This document shows, in pieces, positions 45,533 to 57,420 of a stretch of DNA of 64,000 nt (the first letter of the stretch is position 1; the number at the start of each line of letters is the position of its first letter). The notes beneath the pieces are model-generated. The model was not told the origin of the DNA. It saw only the letters and a program-made list of their open reading frames with translations, and searched no databases. Made by a program: the position numbers and the translations under genes. The DNA is from Octopus vulgaris (lineage: Eukaryota), in the NCBI GenBank assembly GCA_951406725.2, contig OX597818.1, forward strand, positions 77,996,001 through 78,060,000, written 5' to 3'.

Positions 45533-45537
<5 letters not shown>

Positions 45538-46212
45538 TGGGACAGAATAATGAAAATTTCAAACAAATTTATTTTAATACGTGGTAGGTCCGCCTTTGGT
45601 AGTAATTACTGCTTATGGACTCGTACAAAGTTTGAATTGTTTCCAAAGGAATTTTTGTCCATTCTTCAGCTAAAACAGTCTCCAGTTCTTGTAGTGATGA
45701 CGGTGGAGGATATCGACTTCTTACTTGTTTTTTCTAAAATGTACCATAAATGTTCAATAATATTGAGATCCGGGGACGGTGGTGGCCAGATTCAACGTTA
45801 CTTGAATGTTCCTCGTGCCATTCAGTAACAACTTTAGCTGTGTGAATTGGTGCATTATCATCCTGAAAGATTGCGTTTCGTTCCGGAAACAGTTCCGCAA
45901 CCATACGATGAAATTGATAAGATAAAATGCTTAAATAATCTTGACTATTAATTCTGCCATGAAAGGAAACCATTGGGCTGGAGGATTTCCAAGATATAGT
46001 CCCCCAGATCATCACAGATCCTCTCCCATATTTAACAGTTGGAAGAAGGCAGTCTGTGTCAAATGCTTTTTTCGGCTATCTCCACACGTATACTCGGCTG
46101 GTGGTCGGAAATAAGGTAAAGGATAACTCGTCCGAGAAAATAACATTCTTCCACTGCTCTAGGGACCAATTCTGTAGGTTTTTACTCCACTCTAAATGCT
46201 TTGCAACGTTTG
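45533..46212 (-). mobile_element. Tc1-like transposon 3' part with terminal TIR
   Basis: MIWGTISW, IFQDDNAPIHTAK; terminal AGGGTTGGGACAGAATAATGAAA next to TA. Confidence 0.8.
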
Positions 46213-46926
46213 TTCTTCATAAAAATTATATAAAAATACATAAAAAATATATAAAAAATATATAAAAATATATAAAATCTTCTTGGGACATAACATAGAA
46301 AGCATGTTCTATCTGTTTTCTTTAGGGGACCAAAAACGTAACAGAAATTTAGTCACATATGGGCATGATCCGAAAAGTTCTGTCCTTGTGTTTAGACATG
46401 TAGTAGGGTCTAAGCTGCTTTTCCAGATAAGCCATCTCTCCATGTCGCATAGACCACACCGTCCGCTGCCGTTGGTATAGGGCTTACATCTGGCCAAAAT
46501 CTTCCAATGTATGTTATAATCGACACCTTTATCTCTTAAAGACCAAATATGATTAGATAATTATCTAATGATTAGATAACTATCTAATCATATTTGGTCT
46601 TTAAGAGATAAAGGTGTCGATTATAACATACATTGGAAGATTTTGGCCAGATGTAAGCCCTATACCAACGGCAGCGGACGGTGCGGTCTATGCGACATGG
46701 AGAGATGGCTTATCTGGAAAAGCAGCTTAGACCCTACTACATGTCTAAACACAAGGACAGAACTTTTCGGATCATGCCCACATGTGACTAAATTTCTGTT
46801 ACGTTTTTGGTCCCTAAAGAAAACAGATAGAACATGCTTTCTATGTTATATCCCAAGAAGATTTTATATATTTTTATATATATTTTATATATTTTTAATG
46901 TATTTTTATATAATTTTTATGAAGAA
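46213..46926. mobile_element. Near-perfect ~710-bp palindrome of a Penelope-like element 3' end
   Basis: The same ORF on both strands (46309-46497 -, 46643-46945 +): WKILARCKPYTNGSGRCGLC..E..LNTRTELFGSCPH, a PLE GIY-YIG C-terminus. Confidence 0.9.
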
Positions 46927-47025
46927 AAATGCGAGCGATGTATAAGTACGCAGGCAAGCAGAGTTATAACACAGTAATTTCCCTTTGCATGACGGTATTT
47001 TTTCATAGCGTTTTCAAATAGCCAA

Positions 47026-47084
47026 ATAACCGAAGAGATGGTGTTGTGGATTTCCACTTCGGCATCTGAAACTCAGAGTTTTAT
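47026..47084 (+). ncRNA. Type I hammerhead-like motif in PLE 3' pseudo-LTR (CCGAAGA core)
   Basis: ATAA-CCGAAGA-GATG...CATC-T-GAAA-CTCAGAG-TT-TTAT. Confidence 0.5.
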
Positions 47085-47185
47085 CTTGACTATCGAGTAA
47101 TGTAACATATTATTGTATAGATAAATTTCCTCTATTTACATAATATTGAGGTCTCTTTCTTTCTTTTGTTATCTTACCGTTTTAT

Positions 47186-47229
<44 letters not shown>

Positions 47230-47569
47230 ATATATACATATATATATGTGTATGTATATATATATATATAGGGATATATACATATATATATGTGTATGTA
47301 TATATATATATATAGGGATATATACATATATATATATGTGTATGTATATATATATATAGGGATATATACATATATATATGTGTATGTATATATATATATA
47401 TATAGGGATATATACATATATATATGTGTATGTATGTGTATATATATATATATATGGATATATAGGGATATATACATATATATATGTATATATATATATA
47501 TGTGTGTGTGTGTACCGTTGGCGATTTTTTTCCTCTGTCTTCCCTTCTCTGGATCTTTCCTTCTCCTAT

Positions 47570-47604
47570 GTTTCCGATGAAGAGCTCCGCTCGAAACGTT
47601 AAAC
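47570..47604 (+). ncRNA. Minimal hammerhead-like motif (CCGATGA core)
   Basis: GTTT-CCGATGA-A-GAGC tcc GCTC-GAAA-CG-TT-AAAC; palindromic AACGTT in place of stem III; inverted copy at 51407-51441. Confidence 0.5.
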
Positions 47605-47738
47605 CCTCCTTCTTTCCTTCTTTCCTGAGCGTCCAATAATACTATACTTGTTCCACGTCCTCGCGTTGTTGTGTTTTTTTGTGCTTTCTTGTTTGGATTA
47701 ACTTTATATATATATATATATATATACATATATATATG

Positions 47739-47790
<52 letters not shown>

Positions 47791-47811
47791 CACATATATA
47801 TATATATATAT

Positions 47812-48402
47812 TCACCACCTCATCCCAGGTCTTCTTTCAGTGCACCCACCCTTCTACTGACTTGGTCACCTAGGTAACGGAAGCTATCAACTACTTCCAG
47901 TTTTTCTCCCTGGAAGGTGGCGGAAGTTGTTCTCTGCACATTTTCAGTGTTTACTGCTCCTGAGCATTTGCCACATACGAAAACTATCTTCCCAGTTAGC
48001 CTTCCTTTGATATTGCTGCATCTTTTATGTGCCCATAGCTTACACTGAGTACATATAGAGTTTCTACCTGCGCCTTTTCTACAGAACGAGGAGGGCCATC
48101 TACCTGAAGGGATTTGTGGTTTTTCTGTCTTCATACTTACGAGGACTTTGGTTTTAGCTAGGGTGACTCTTAGGCTCTTCGATTCTAATCCTTGCTTCCA
48201 CACCTGGAACTTCTGTAGTTCTGATAGTGACTCAGCAATTAGAACAAAGTCATCAGCATAGAGGAGCTCCCAGGGGCATCTTGACTTGAATTCATCTGAT
48301 ATTGCCTGGAGGACTATGATAAATAGGTAGGGGTTGAGGTTTGAATCTTGGTGGACCTCTACCTCTACCCGGAATTCTTCATTGTACTCATTGCCAACCA
48401 AC
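47812..48402 (-). mobile_element. RTE-clade LINE RT fragment
   Basis: VHQDSNLNPYLF, PWELLYADD, Cys-rich insert, LEVVDSFRYLG. Confidence 0.85.
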
Positions 48403-48414
48403 GTGTATATATAT

Positions 48415-49468
48415 ATATATAAACTTGCTTAGAGAAGAAGAAACGAAACGAAACGAAACGAATCGAATCGACGCGAGGGCGCTCAGTCATACAATAGTGT
48501 AATAAATAAAATATATGCATACATACATACATATATGTACGTACCTACATCTACATATATATATACATGCATATATAAATATATATACGTGAGTACAGGA
48601 CTCCACAAATAGACGTAGAACTCAACGAGAAACGAAAACGTAAAACAAGCATGGAACGGACCTTTTTTTAACAACGAAAAAACAGAGTACAAGACAAACA
48701 CACAAGGAAACATCGCCTTCATCAGCTGTCCCTAGTTCAACTCCAGCGTGTTTCGAAGGTGAGGACAGAACACGACTCGTCGAACTAATCCTTCCTGCGA
48801 AAGAATTAAATAAAATTCCTTTGCAGAGGGTTAAAAACAAAAAAAGTGACAAAAACAGGACGTAAAAACAATACAATTAAAAACAATTACAAAATAAAAA
48901 TACAATTACAAAAAAAATACAGTACAAGAAGGAATAAAAACAGGACAGGAAAACAAACAATGAGGGCCTATAAGCCTAGACGAGGAAAAAATTCACGAGC
49001 GCAGGAAGAAACATGTTTACTTGAAGGAGACCGCCAGCGAAAGGAAGTTCGTCGACCCGGCTGTGAGAGAGATGAGGAGGAGTGAGAGAGAGAGAGAGAT
49101 AGAGAGGAAGGAAGCCAAAGAGGGTGAAAGAAAGAGAGAAGAAAGAGTTATAGTGTTTCGCGTCATAATTATATATAAAAACTTGCTTAGAGAAGAAGAA
49201 ACGAAACTAAACGAAACGAATCGAATCGACGCGAGGGCGCTCAGTTATACAATAGTGTAATAAATAAAATATATGCATACATACATACATATATGTACGT
49301 ACCTACATCTACATGTATATATATGCATATATAAATATATATACGTGAGTACAGGACACCACAAATAGACGTAGAACTCAACGAGAAACGAAAACGTAAA
49401 AACAAGCATGGAGCGGACCTTTTTTTAACAACGAAAAAACAGAGTACAAGAGAAACACACAAGGAAAT
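48415..49468. repeat. Direct repeat pair of about 290 bp (48415-48710, 49172-49468)
   Basis: AAACTTGCTTAGAGAAGAAGAAACG...CACACAAGGAAA occurs twice. Confidence 0.85.
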
Positions 49469-49831
49469 GTATATATGGTGATATTAGGATCATATTACAT
49501 CATTACAAATTAAATAAGTATAAATAAATAGCGGTTTCACGATCAAACGATTGTCAACTTATATAGAGAAAACTTTTCTCAAAGACGCCATCTTTGAAAA
49601 AAGTGAACAGAGATGAAGCAATATGTCAAGGGGAGCAACTCTTATTTTTTCATGAAGCTCTTCAGTGTTTTTGGCAAGCATACAGTTACAGGAGTCATTT
49701 CATTTAATACAGTTAATTATATTACCGTAGTAGGTTTTAAAGATTAACCAGTAATGTGTGAATGAGTGTATATGCATATATTTTATGCTCTAACATCTCA
49801 TTTTCTCTCCCGTAAAATATATATATATATA

Positions 49832-50201
49832 CGAGCAAAGCACACCTCGTCCAATGGACGGTGCTGAGTTGTCAAATATTTAAACTAAATTTTCTCAAAA
49901 CAACTTGTCCGACCGTCTCATTTTGTGCAATTATTTCAAGCCAGCCGGCTTTTTTTTGCGCGAACTGCACGTGCATTTTTCTCGTATACGCGTAGTATCG
50001 ATCGCAACAGCTGATGTACTTGCGCGTACAAATGCACGTTCCCACGACTTTATCGATCGCATTCTCACCTGGAATCAATTTTTGCAATTTTTGCATGACT
50101 TATACACGCCCTGATACCGTCGGTAGCTACATATCAAATTTGAGCGCAATCGGATGGAGGATGCCCGAGATCCAAGAAGACACAGACAGACAGAACGGAT
50201 T

Positions 50202-50212
<11 letters not shown>
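49832..50212 (-). mobile_element. Non-autonomous Helitron-like element
   Basis: Minus: TATATAAAATCCGTTCTGTCTGTC start; 3' hairpin CACCGTCCATTGGACGAGGTG then CTCG|T; 5' TC not visible. Confidence 0.55.
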
Positions 50213-50238
<26 letters not shown>

Positions 50239-50742
50239 TATAAGTATGATCAGTAATTTATTCCTAAGAATTGTGGTTGGCATACATATATAACATTTTT
50301 GTATATGTTGAAATTCCATAATTGAATAAAATAAATCAGTCCAATAGAAAATGAAAGATAAAGCAATTGCCAAGGTATGAATACTTTCTCCGTAAGAGTC
50401 ATGTTGGACCTCTCATGACTCAGGTTTGAATATGAATGGGTGTTCAGGAGTCAAGTAATTACGTGGCAATTAGCAATGCAATTAAAATGAATTGGTGTTT
50501 GGTTCAGATTTGTATTTTTGGATGAAATATGTCTCTTTATTGAATTGGACTTGTGTAGAAGTCCAATCATCAAATTGATATAGAGGGAAAATAGTGAATT
50601 TAGGTTGTATTTGCTTCATACATACGTCGATATGCTCACTGAGATAAATTTGGCGGTATTGTGGTATGCTTATTTAATTTGTAATGATGTAATATGATCC
50701 TAATATCACCATATATACATTTCCTTGTGTGTTTGTCTTGTA

Positions 50743-51245
50743 CTCCAGGCAATATCAGATAAATTCAAGTCAAGATGCCCCTGGGAGCTCCTCTATGCTG
50801 ATGACTTTGCTCTAATTGCTGAGTCACTATCAAAACTACAGAAGTTCCAGGTGTGGAAGCAAGGATTAGAATCGAAGGGCCTTAGAGTCACCCTAGCTAA
50901 AACCAAAGTCCTCGTAAGTATGAAGACAGAAAAACCACAAATCCCTTCAGGTAGATGGCCCTCCTCGTTCTGTAGAAAAGGCGCAGGTAGAAACTCTATA
51001 TGTACTCAGTGTAAGCTATGGGCACATAAAAGATGCAGCAATATCAAAGGAAGGCTAACTGGGAAGATAGTTTTCGTATGTGGCAAATGCTCAGGAGCAG
51101 TAAACACTGAAAATGTGCAGAGAACAACTTCCGCCACCTTCCAGGGAGAAAAACTGGAAGTAGTTGATAGCTTCCGTTACCTAGGTGACCAAGTCAGTAG
51201 AAGGGTGGGTGCGCTGAAAGAAGACCTGGGATGAGGTGGTGAATA
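50743..51245 (+). mobile_element. Inverted duplicate of the RTE RT fragment
   Basis: Peptide nearly identical to 47820-48311. Confidence 0.85.
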
Positions 51246-51253
51246 TATATATA

Positions 51254-51305
<52 letters not shown>

Positions 51306-51494
51306 GTTAATCCAAAAAAGAAAGCACAAAAAAAAACACAACAACGCGAGGACGTGGGACAAATATAGTATTATTGGACGCTCAGGAAAGAAGGAAAGAA
51401 GGCGGGGTTTAACGTTTCGAGCGGAGCTCTTCGTCGGAAACATAGGAGAAAGAAAGATCCAGAGAAGGGAAGACAGAGGAAAAAATCGCCAACG

Positions 51495-51574
<80 letters not shown>

Positions 51575-51742
51575 AACAAGTCAAATTGCGATAAAATAAA
51601 ATTAATTATTATCGCTGGTGAAACTAGCTCAGGCCATATATTATTCATATATCAGTACATTAAAAGGCGAAATATGTGCTAGAAACACAGAAGCTAGATA
51701 AATTTAGTGAAATGAAAATAAAAACATTTACTAACTCGGTTC

Positions 51743-51816
51743 CTCTTAGACTGCAGTTTCGTTCTTTTCAGCAATAAAGATAATTTATTTGCTCAGGGAG
51801 AATTCATCGGTAAGAG
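51743..51816 (-). ncRNA. Type I hammerhead ribozyme-like motif, unit 1
   Basis: Minus: CTCTTA-CCGATGA-ATTCT..AGCAAATAAA ttatc TTTATTGCT..AGAAC-GAAA-C TGCA G-TC-TAAGAG. Confidence 0.7.
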
Positions 51817-52141
51817 CCCTGTTATTCTGAGATCCTAACTCACTAGAAGCATGTGCTTCTAATGATTTGCTCTCTCTAACTAATCAGATCACTGCGCAGA
51901 CTCAGAACGTCCCGACAAAACTAGGGATTTCTGGTATATTGTCTAACGCTCAAAATTTATCGAGAAATATGTAAACAAGTCAAATTGCGATAAAATAAAA
52001 TTAATTATTATCGCTGGTGAAACTAGCTCAGGCCATATATTATTCATATATCAGTACATTAAAAGGCGAAATATGTGCTAGAAACACAGAAGCTAGATAA
52101 ATTTAGTGAAATGAAAATAAAAACATTTACTAACTCGGTTC

Positions 52142-52215
52142 CTCTTAGACTGCAGTTTCGTTCTTTTCAGCAATAAAGATAATTTATTTGCTCAGGGAGA
52201 ATTCATCGGTAAGAG
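52142..52215 (-). ncRNA. Type I hammerhead ribozyme-like motif, unit 2
   Basis: Same as unit 1, +399 bp. Confidence 0.7.
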
Positions 52216-52551
52216 CCCTGTTATTCTGAGATCCTAACTCACTAGAAGCATGTGCTTCTAATGATTTGCTCTCTCTAACTAATCAGATCACTGCGCAGAC
52301 TCAGAACGTCCCGACAAAACTAGGGATTTCTGGTATATTGTCTAACGCTCAAAATTTATCGAGAAATATGTAAACAAGTCAAATTGCGATAAAATAAAAT
52401 TAATTATTATCGCTGGTGAAACTAGCTCAGGCCATATATTATTCATATATCAGTACATTAAAAGGCGAAATATGTGCTAGAAACACAGAAGCTAGATAAA
52501 TTTAGTGAAATGAAAATATATATATATATACATATATATATATGTATATAT

Positions 52552-52598
<47 letters not shown>

Positions 52599-53289
52599 CA
52601 TATTAGAGGGGAACCACTATGTGGACACCCTTATGCTAGAAATAGATCCGCTATGGTCTTACCACTAAGAAATGTTCTCAAGAAAAATTTAACAAAATAT
52701 CCAAAACCTAATCGAGCAAGACAAAAGAAAAGCAATAAAAATATGGATTATTCGCATACATGTTTGACTATTAACATATTACGTAATGTTACTTACATAG
52801 ATGTCCGTAGAGCATCGGTGCGACCGTCCAGATAAATATAATTTGCAGGACTGCATACTAGGACATCCGCACACAGTCAGACCTGTAAACAGTTCTACCC
52901 ATTACACTCGTGGTTACTATTTCAAATGTCCTCGTTTTGGCGCGCTAAATTACCGGAAAAACTGATGCCGCAGATAATACTTTACTGCAGTTGTCTTTGC
53001 CGGTTAGAGAACGTATAAATTTAAATTTTAAATGAGGGCGAGAAATTAGATATTATTTTAATTAACATCGATTTCACACCAGTGGCCTAGCATATAAAAA
53101 ACTGAAGGTCCAGTAAAATTGTATTATATACATATTAGAGGGAAACCACTGTGTGAACACCCTTATGCTAGAAATAGATCCGCTATGGTCTTAACAATAA
53201 GAAATGATCTCAACATCTAATTTCTCACCTTCATTTTAAATTTAAATATATATATATATATACATATATATGTATATATCCCTATATAT

Positions 53290-53366
<77 letters not shown>

Positions 53367-53814
53367 GTAGAAATATGTTATGAAAAGAAAATATAAAATA
53401 CACGTGGAAATGTAAGGGTAAAATATGAAAATTCAACGAAAATGCACCTTGCAAATAGAAAAAGGCTATTTATGACAGGTAACGACAAATATATACATTT
53501 AGATTGACTGAGATAGTAAGATGAGTCATAAAAGTCATTATTATGAGATGATTATAAGATGATAATAAAGTAAGCGAACAAAACGAAACATGGTTTACGC
53601 TAAGCTATTCATCGTTTGAACAACACCGGTTAATACACGGTGTCAGGTCTAATAGTTCCTGAGAGAAAAGATTATTTGTAATGGAGGTAATTAGTTCTGG
53701 ATTATTTGTAAGGGAGGTATGTAGTTCTGGATGTAGAGATGTGAGTGGTGTAGGAAGTGTATAGGGTTTAGTGGTTTCAATGGAAGAGTTAGTGGTGTTC
53801 TGTATTGAGTTGTG

Positions 53815-55260
53815 TGTTCATATTTAGTTGGGGGAGAAATTTATTGATGAAAAATGCCTCTTAATTCAACCTTTGTTGCATTGTGGTGTTCTGTGAACAT
53901 TGGTAAAAGGGAAATATTTGGAAATTGGGATTAAGATTCCTGGCACATCTTTCTATTTGTTCACTCACCTTTAACTGTCTGTATTGTGGGTGACGGATTT
54001 GCTCTTTGTGAATGGTGATTCTTTGCCGGAGCGAAATTCCTGTTTGTCCAATATAGAGTTTACCACATCCTATGCATGTCATGACATAGATTACATTTGC
54101 TGAGGCGCAGGTGAAATTTGATTTGATCTTAAATATTTCTCCTTGTTTGAATTGGAATTCTGAACCCTCCAGAAGGCGGGGGCATGTTCCACAGAACGTC
54201 CACATTTTGTCACTTTTGGCTCAGTTTTTAGTGGGTAAAGTCTAGCGCTGCTTAATATTTTTTCAGTGACTTTGGTTGCTTTTTACTTTTTATAATTTTA
54301 TATGAGCTTAAAATTTCGTTCATTGTTTTGTCTGCTGTGAGGACGGGAAGGTTTTGGGTGATGATGTTGAAGGCTTCGTTGTTTCTGGGGTTATGTGTGG
54401 AGATGTACGGGAGTATTTTTAAGTCTTGTTTAGTATTTCGGCTAGTTTTCCTTAACCTTTGTATATCTATTTCCTTAGCTCTTTTGATGCCTTCATTTAC
54501 TAGTGAGATTGGGTAATGTCTTTTAGTTAATGTAGATCTAAGTTCAAGGAGTCTCTGTTCTCGAGTGTATGTATCGGAAACTATGGTGCAGATTCTTTTT
54601 GCTAGGTTAAAGGGTATGTTGATTTTTATGTGTTTGGGGTGGCAGGAGTTAAATAAAAGGTATTGTTTAGAATCTGTGGGTTTATAAAAGATGTCTGTTT
54701 CTATGTGGTTGTTAACTATTCTAATTAAGATGTCTAGAAATGGGAGTTGCTTACTGTTGTGTTCCATAGTGAATTGTATATTGCTGTGTATGTTGTTGAG
54801 CATTCTTTTGAAATCAAGGAGTTGATCCATGCTGTCTTGCCAAAGTATGAAGCAATCATCTAAATATCTCTTCCAGTTCTCCTTTAAGTTGCAATTAAAA
54901 GAGGTGCCATATTTTTCTAGTGATGATTGGTATAACTTAAGTTCGTGGTAGCCCATTACGAGGTTTGCAATCACTGGAGCAGCTCTGGTCCCCATTGCAA
55001 TTCCGCATATCTGTCGATAGTAAGTAGTATCGAACAAGAAATGATTGTTCAACAGGACGAATTTCAGTGCTTCAATTATAAAATTGTGGTTAATTCGTCC
55101 TGGGATCTCTTCTGGGTATTTTTCTAGCCAAAATGTGATTGCTTCTATACCATAGTCATGTGGGGTATTAGTGTATAGATTCACCACATCGAAAGATACA
55201 AGTAGAGTTCCGTCCTTTACTGTCTTCGGGAGGTGGTTCAGCATGTCTAGGTCATCCCTG
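53815..55260 (-). mobile_element. Penelope-like element: RT plus GIY-YIG endonuclease, 5'-truncated, frameshifted
   Basis: SFDVVNLYTN, GIAMGTRAAP, RYLDD, LPFLD, FYKPTD; Cys linker CGTCP; NVIYVMTC..YIGQTG. The Cys linker suggests the Neptune group. Confidence 0.9.
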
Positions 55261-55281
55261 ATATATATATATATATATATA

Positions 55282-56115
55282 TCTTTATATATATAAAACT
55301 GAGAATGTGTGTCTGTCTGTCTGTCTGTCTGTGTGTTTCCCTAAAACTTGAGAACTACACAACCAATGTCATTGAAATTTTACACATGCCTTACTTAGGG
55401 TCCGGGGAGTGTCAACGGCAAAAATTTTTTTTACTTTTTGCCTAGGGCGAGCCCACAACAATATCATATCTTCTCCACTACGATTCCCTAAAGCTTGAGA
55501 ACTACACAACCAATTTCATTCAAATTTTACACATGCCTTACTTAGGGTCCATGTAGTTTCATGGGAAAAAAATGTTCAACTTCTTGCCTAGAGCGAGCCC
55601 ATAGCAATATCATATCTTCTCCACTATTTCAGTATTACGTGTTAAAAGTGAAACAAAAATATTTCTCTATTTTATGTCAGATGCTTTCACTTTAACAATA
55701 AAAAAATAATAACAATTGAATTATATGTAGTAAGCAATAATTAAAATCAAACTAAAGTATAATATAATCGTAACATAACAAAAGTAAAAATATTAATTGG
55801 TATAAAATTGCATCAATGATTTGAACTTGAATAAGTGGTTTCACATGAATGGGAATAAATTAAAAATAAAATTAGCGTGCAGAAATGGAATAGTCCAGAT
55901 GGATAATAAAAAATTAAATTAAAGAAAAGACTATTGTCTATAAAGTATACAATGTAGAGTATTGTTATCACTAGCGATATCAAGATATAACTTTGTATTT
56001 TGCATTTTATGTGTAGATGTATATATATAGATATACATGTAATATGTACACATATATATACACATATATACATGCACTAGCACTATAACCCGGCAACGAC
56101 GGGTCTTTAATGCTA

Positions 56116-56116
<1 letters not shown>
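55282..56116 (+). mobile_element. Non-autonomous Helitron with both termini
   Basis: A|TCTTTATATATATAAAA start; 3' hairpin CCCGGCAACGACGGG, then CTAG|T; internal ~145-bp direct repeat (55340-55625). Confidence 0.85.
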
Positions 56117-56155
<39 letters not shown>

Positions 56156-56602
56156 GGGGAGAGAGAGCTCGAGAGCTCAAGTACTACATTTATCAAAAAT
56201 GCATAGACTATGCAATAAAATTATACTATATGAATCCAATACATACTAACTATGGTACCCAACTTTTCCGTAACGAAGGACCTTCATATATTTTAATGAA
56301 CTTTCCCACGGACCCCAGTTTTTTTTTTAAGGTTTGTCAACTATATAAGCTGATTTTTTTAACTTGCGACAAACTAGTTTTCCCAGTTTCTTTTCTTAAT
56401 TAAAAGATATTTGACTGAATAATTATATGTAATTATCGAGTAATTTTGCATTTTAGCCTGCAGCCGTTTTAAATTTTGAACACAACTCGTAGGCCACGCC
56501 CCATTGTTACCTTTGTGTCTCCCAGAACTCCACAATTTGGGAACCGCTGGAAAAGATGAAACGTCATCCAAACCATCGTAAAACAAGCAATTTCGCCAAA
56601 CA

Positions 56603-57045
56603 CAGGCGTAGGAGTGGGTGTGTGGTAAGTAACTTGCTTGCGAACCACATGGTTCTGGGTTCAGTCCCACTGCGTGGCACCTTGGGCAAGTGTCTTCTAC
56701 TATAGCCTCGTGCCGACCAGAGCCTTGTGAGTGGATTTGGTAGATGGAAACTGAAAGAAGCCCATCGTATATATAAGTATGTATATATATATACATATAT
56801 ATATGTGTGTGTGTATGTGTGTGTATATATATATATATATGTTTGTGTGTCTGTGTTTGTCCCCCCAACATCGCTTGACAACCGATGGTGGTGAGGTTTA
56901 CGTGCCCGTAACGTAGAGGTTTAGCAAAAAGAGACCGATAGAATAAGTGCTAGGCTTACAAAGGTCGATTTACTCGACTAAAGGCGATGCTCCAGCATGG
57001 CCACAGTCAAATGACTGAAACAAGTAAAAGAGAGTAAAAGGGAGT
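56603..57045 (+). mobile_element. SINE family A, near full length
   Basis: Homology to 15216-15625. Confidence 0.85.
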
Positions 57046-57099
57046 AAACAAATAACATTATATTCTACAGACACTTGAATGAGAAAAAAATTATCGGTT

Positions 57100-57420
57100 C
57101 TTTACAATCTGAATTTAAATCCTGCCAAGATGGACTTCGCTTTTCATCCTCTCAGAGTCGATAAAATTAGTACCAGTTGAACATTGGAGTCGATGTAATC
57201 ATCTCCCCAACATTTCAGGCTTTGTGCCTATAGTTGACAGGATTATTATTGCTATTCTTATAAATGCTTAGAAACATTTTGTCCGTCCTTACGTTCTGAG
57301 TTCAAATTCCACTGAGATCGACTTCGCCTTTCATCTTTTCGTGGTCGATGAAATAAGTACTAGTTACGAACTGGGGTCGATGAAATCGATTAGCCCCTCC
57401 CCGCAAATTTCGGGCCTTGG
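57100..57420 (+). mobile_element. Two SINE family B fragments
   Basis: TTTCATCC..GTCGATAAAAT..AGTACCAG core twice. Confidence 0.7.

Larger units (their letters stand above)
51573..52517 (-). repeat. 399-bp tandem repeat, about 2.4 apparently identical units, hammerhead-containing (retrozyme-like)
   Basis: TAAACAAGTCAAATTGCG starts at 51573, 51972, 52371. Confidence 0.9.

Noticed and set aside
48700-48770. GAAAC...CTGATGA on minus as a hammerhead
   Set aside because: Stems I and III cannot be formed in the correct register
53600-53672. Hammerhead in the 3' region of the PLE
   Set aside because: Requires two core substitutions (CTCAGGA, CAAA); too degenerate to call
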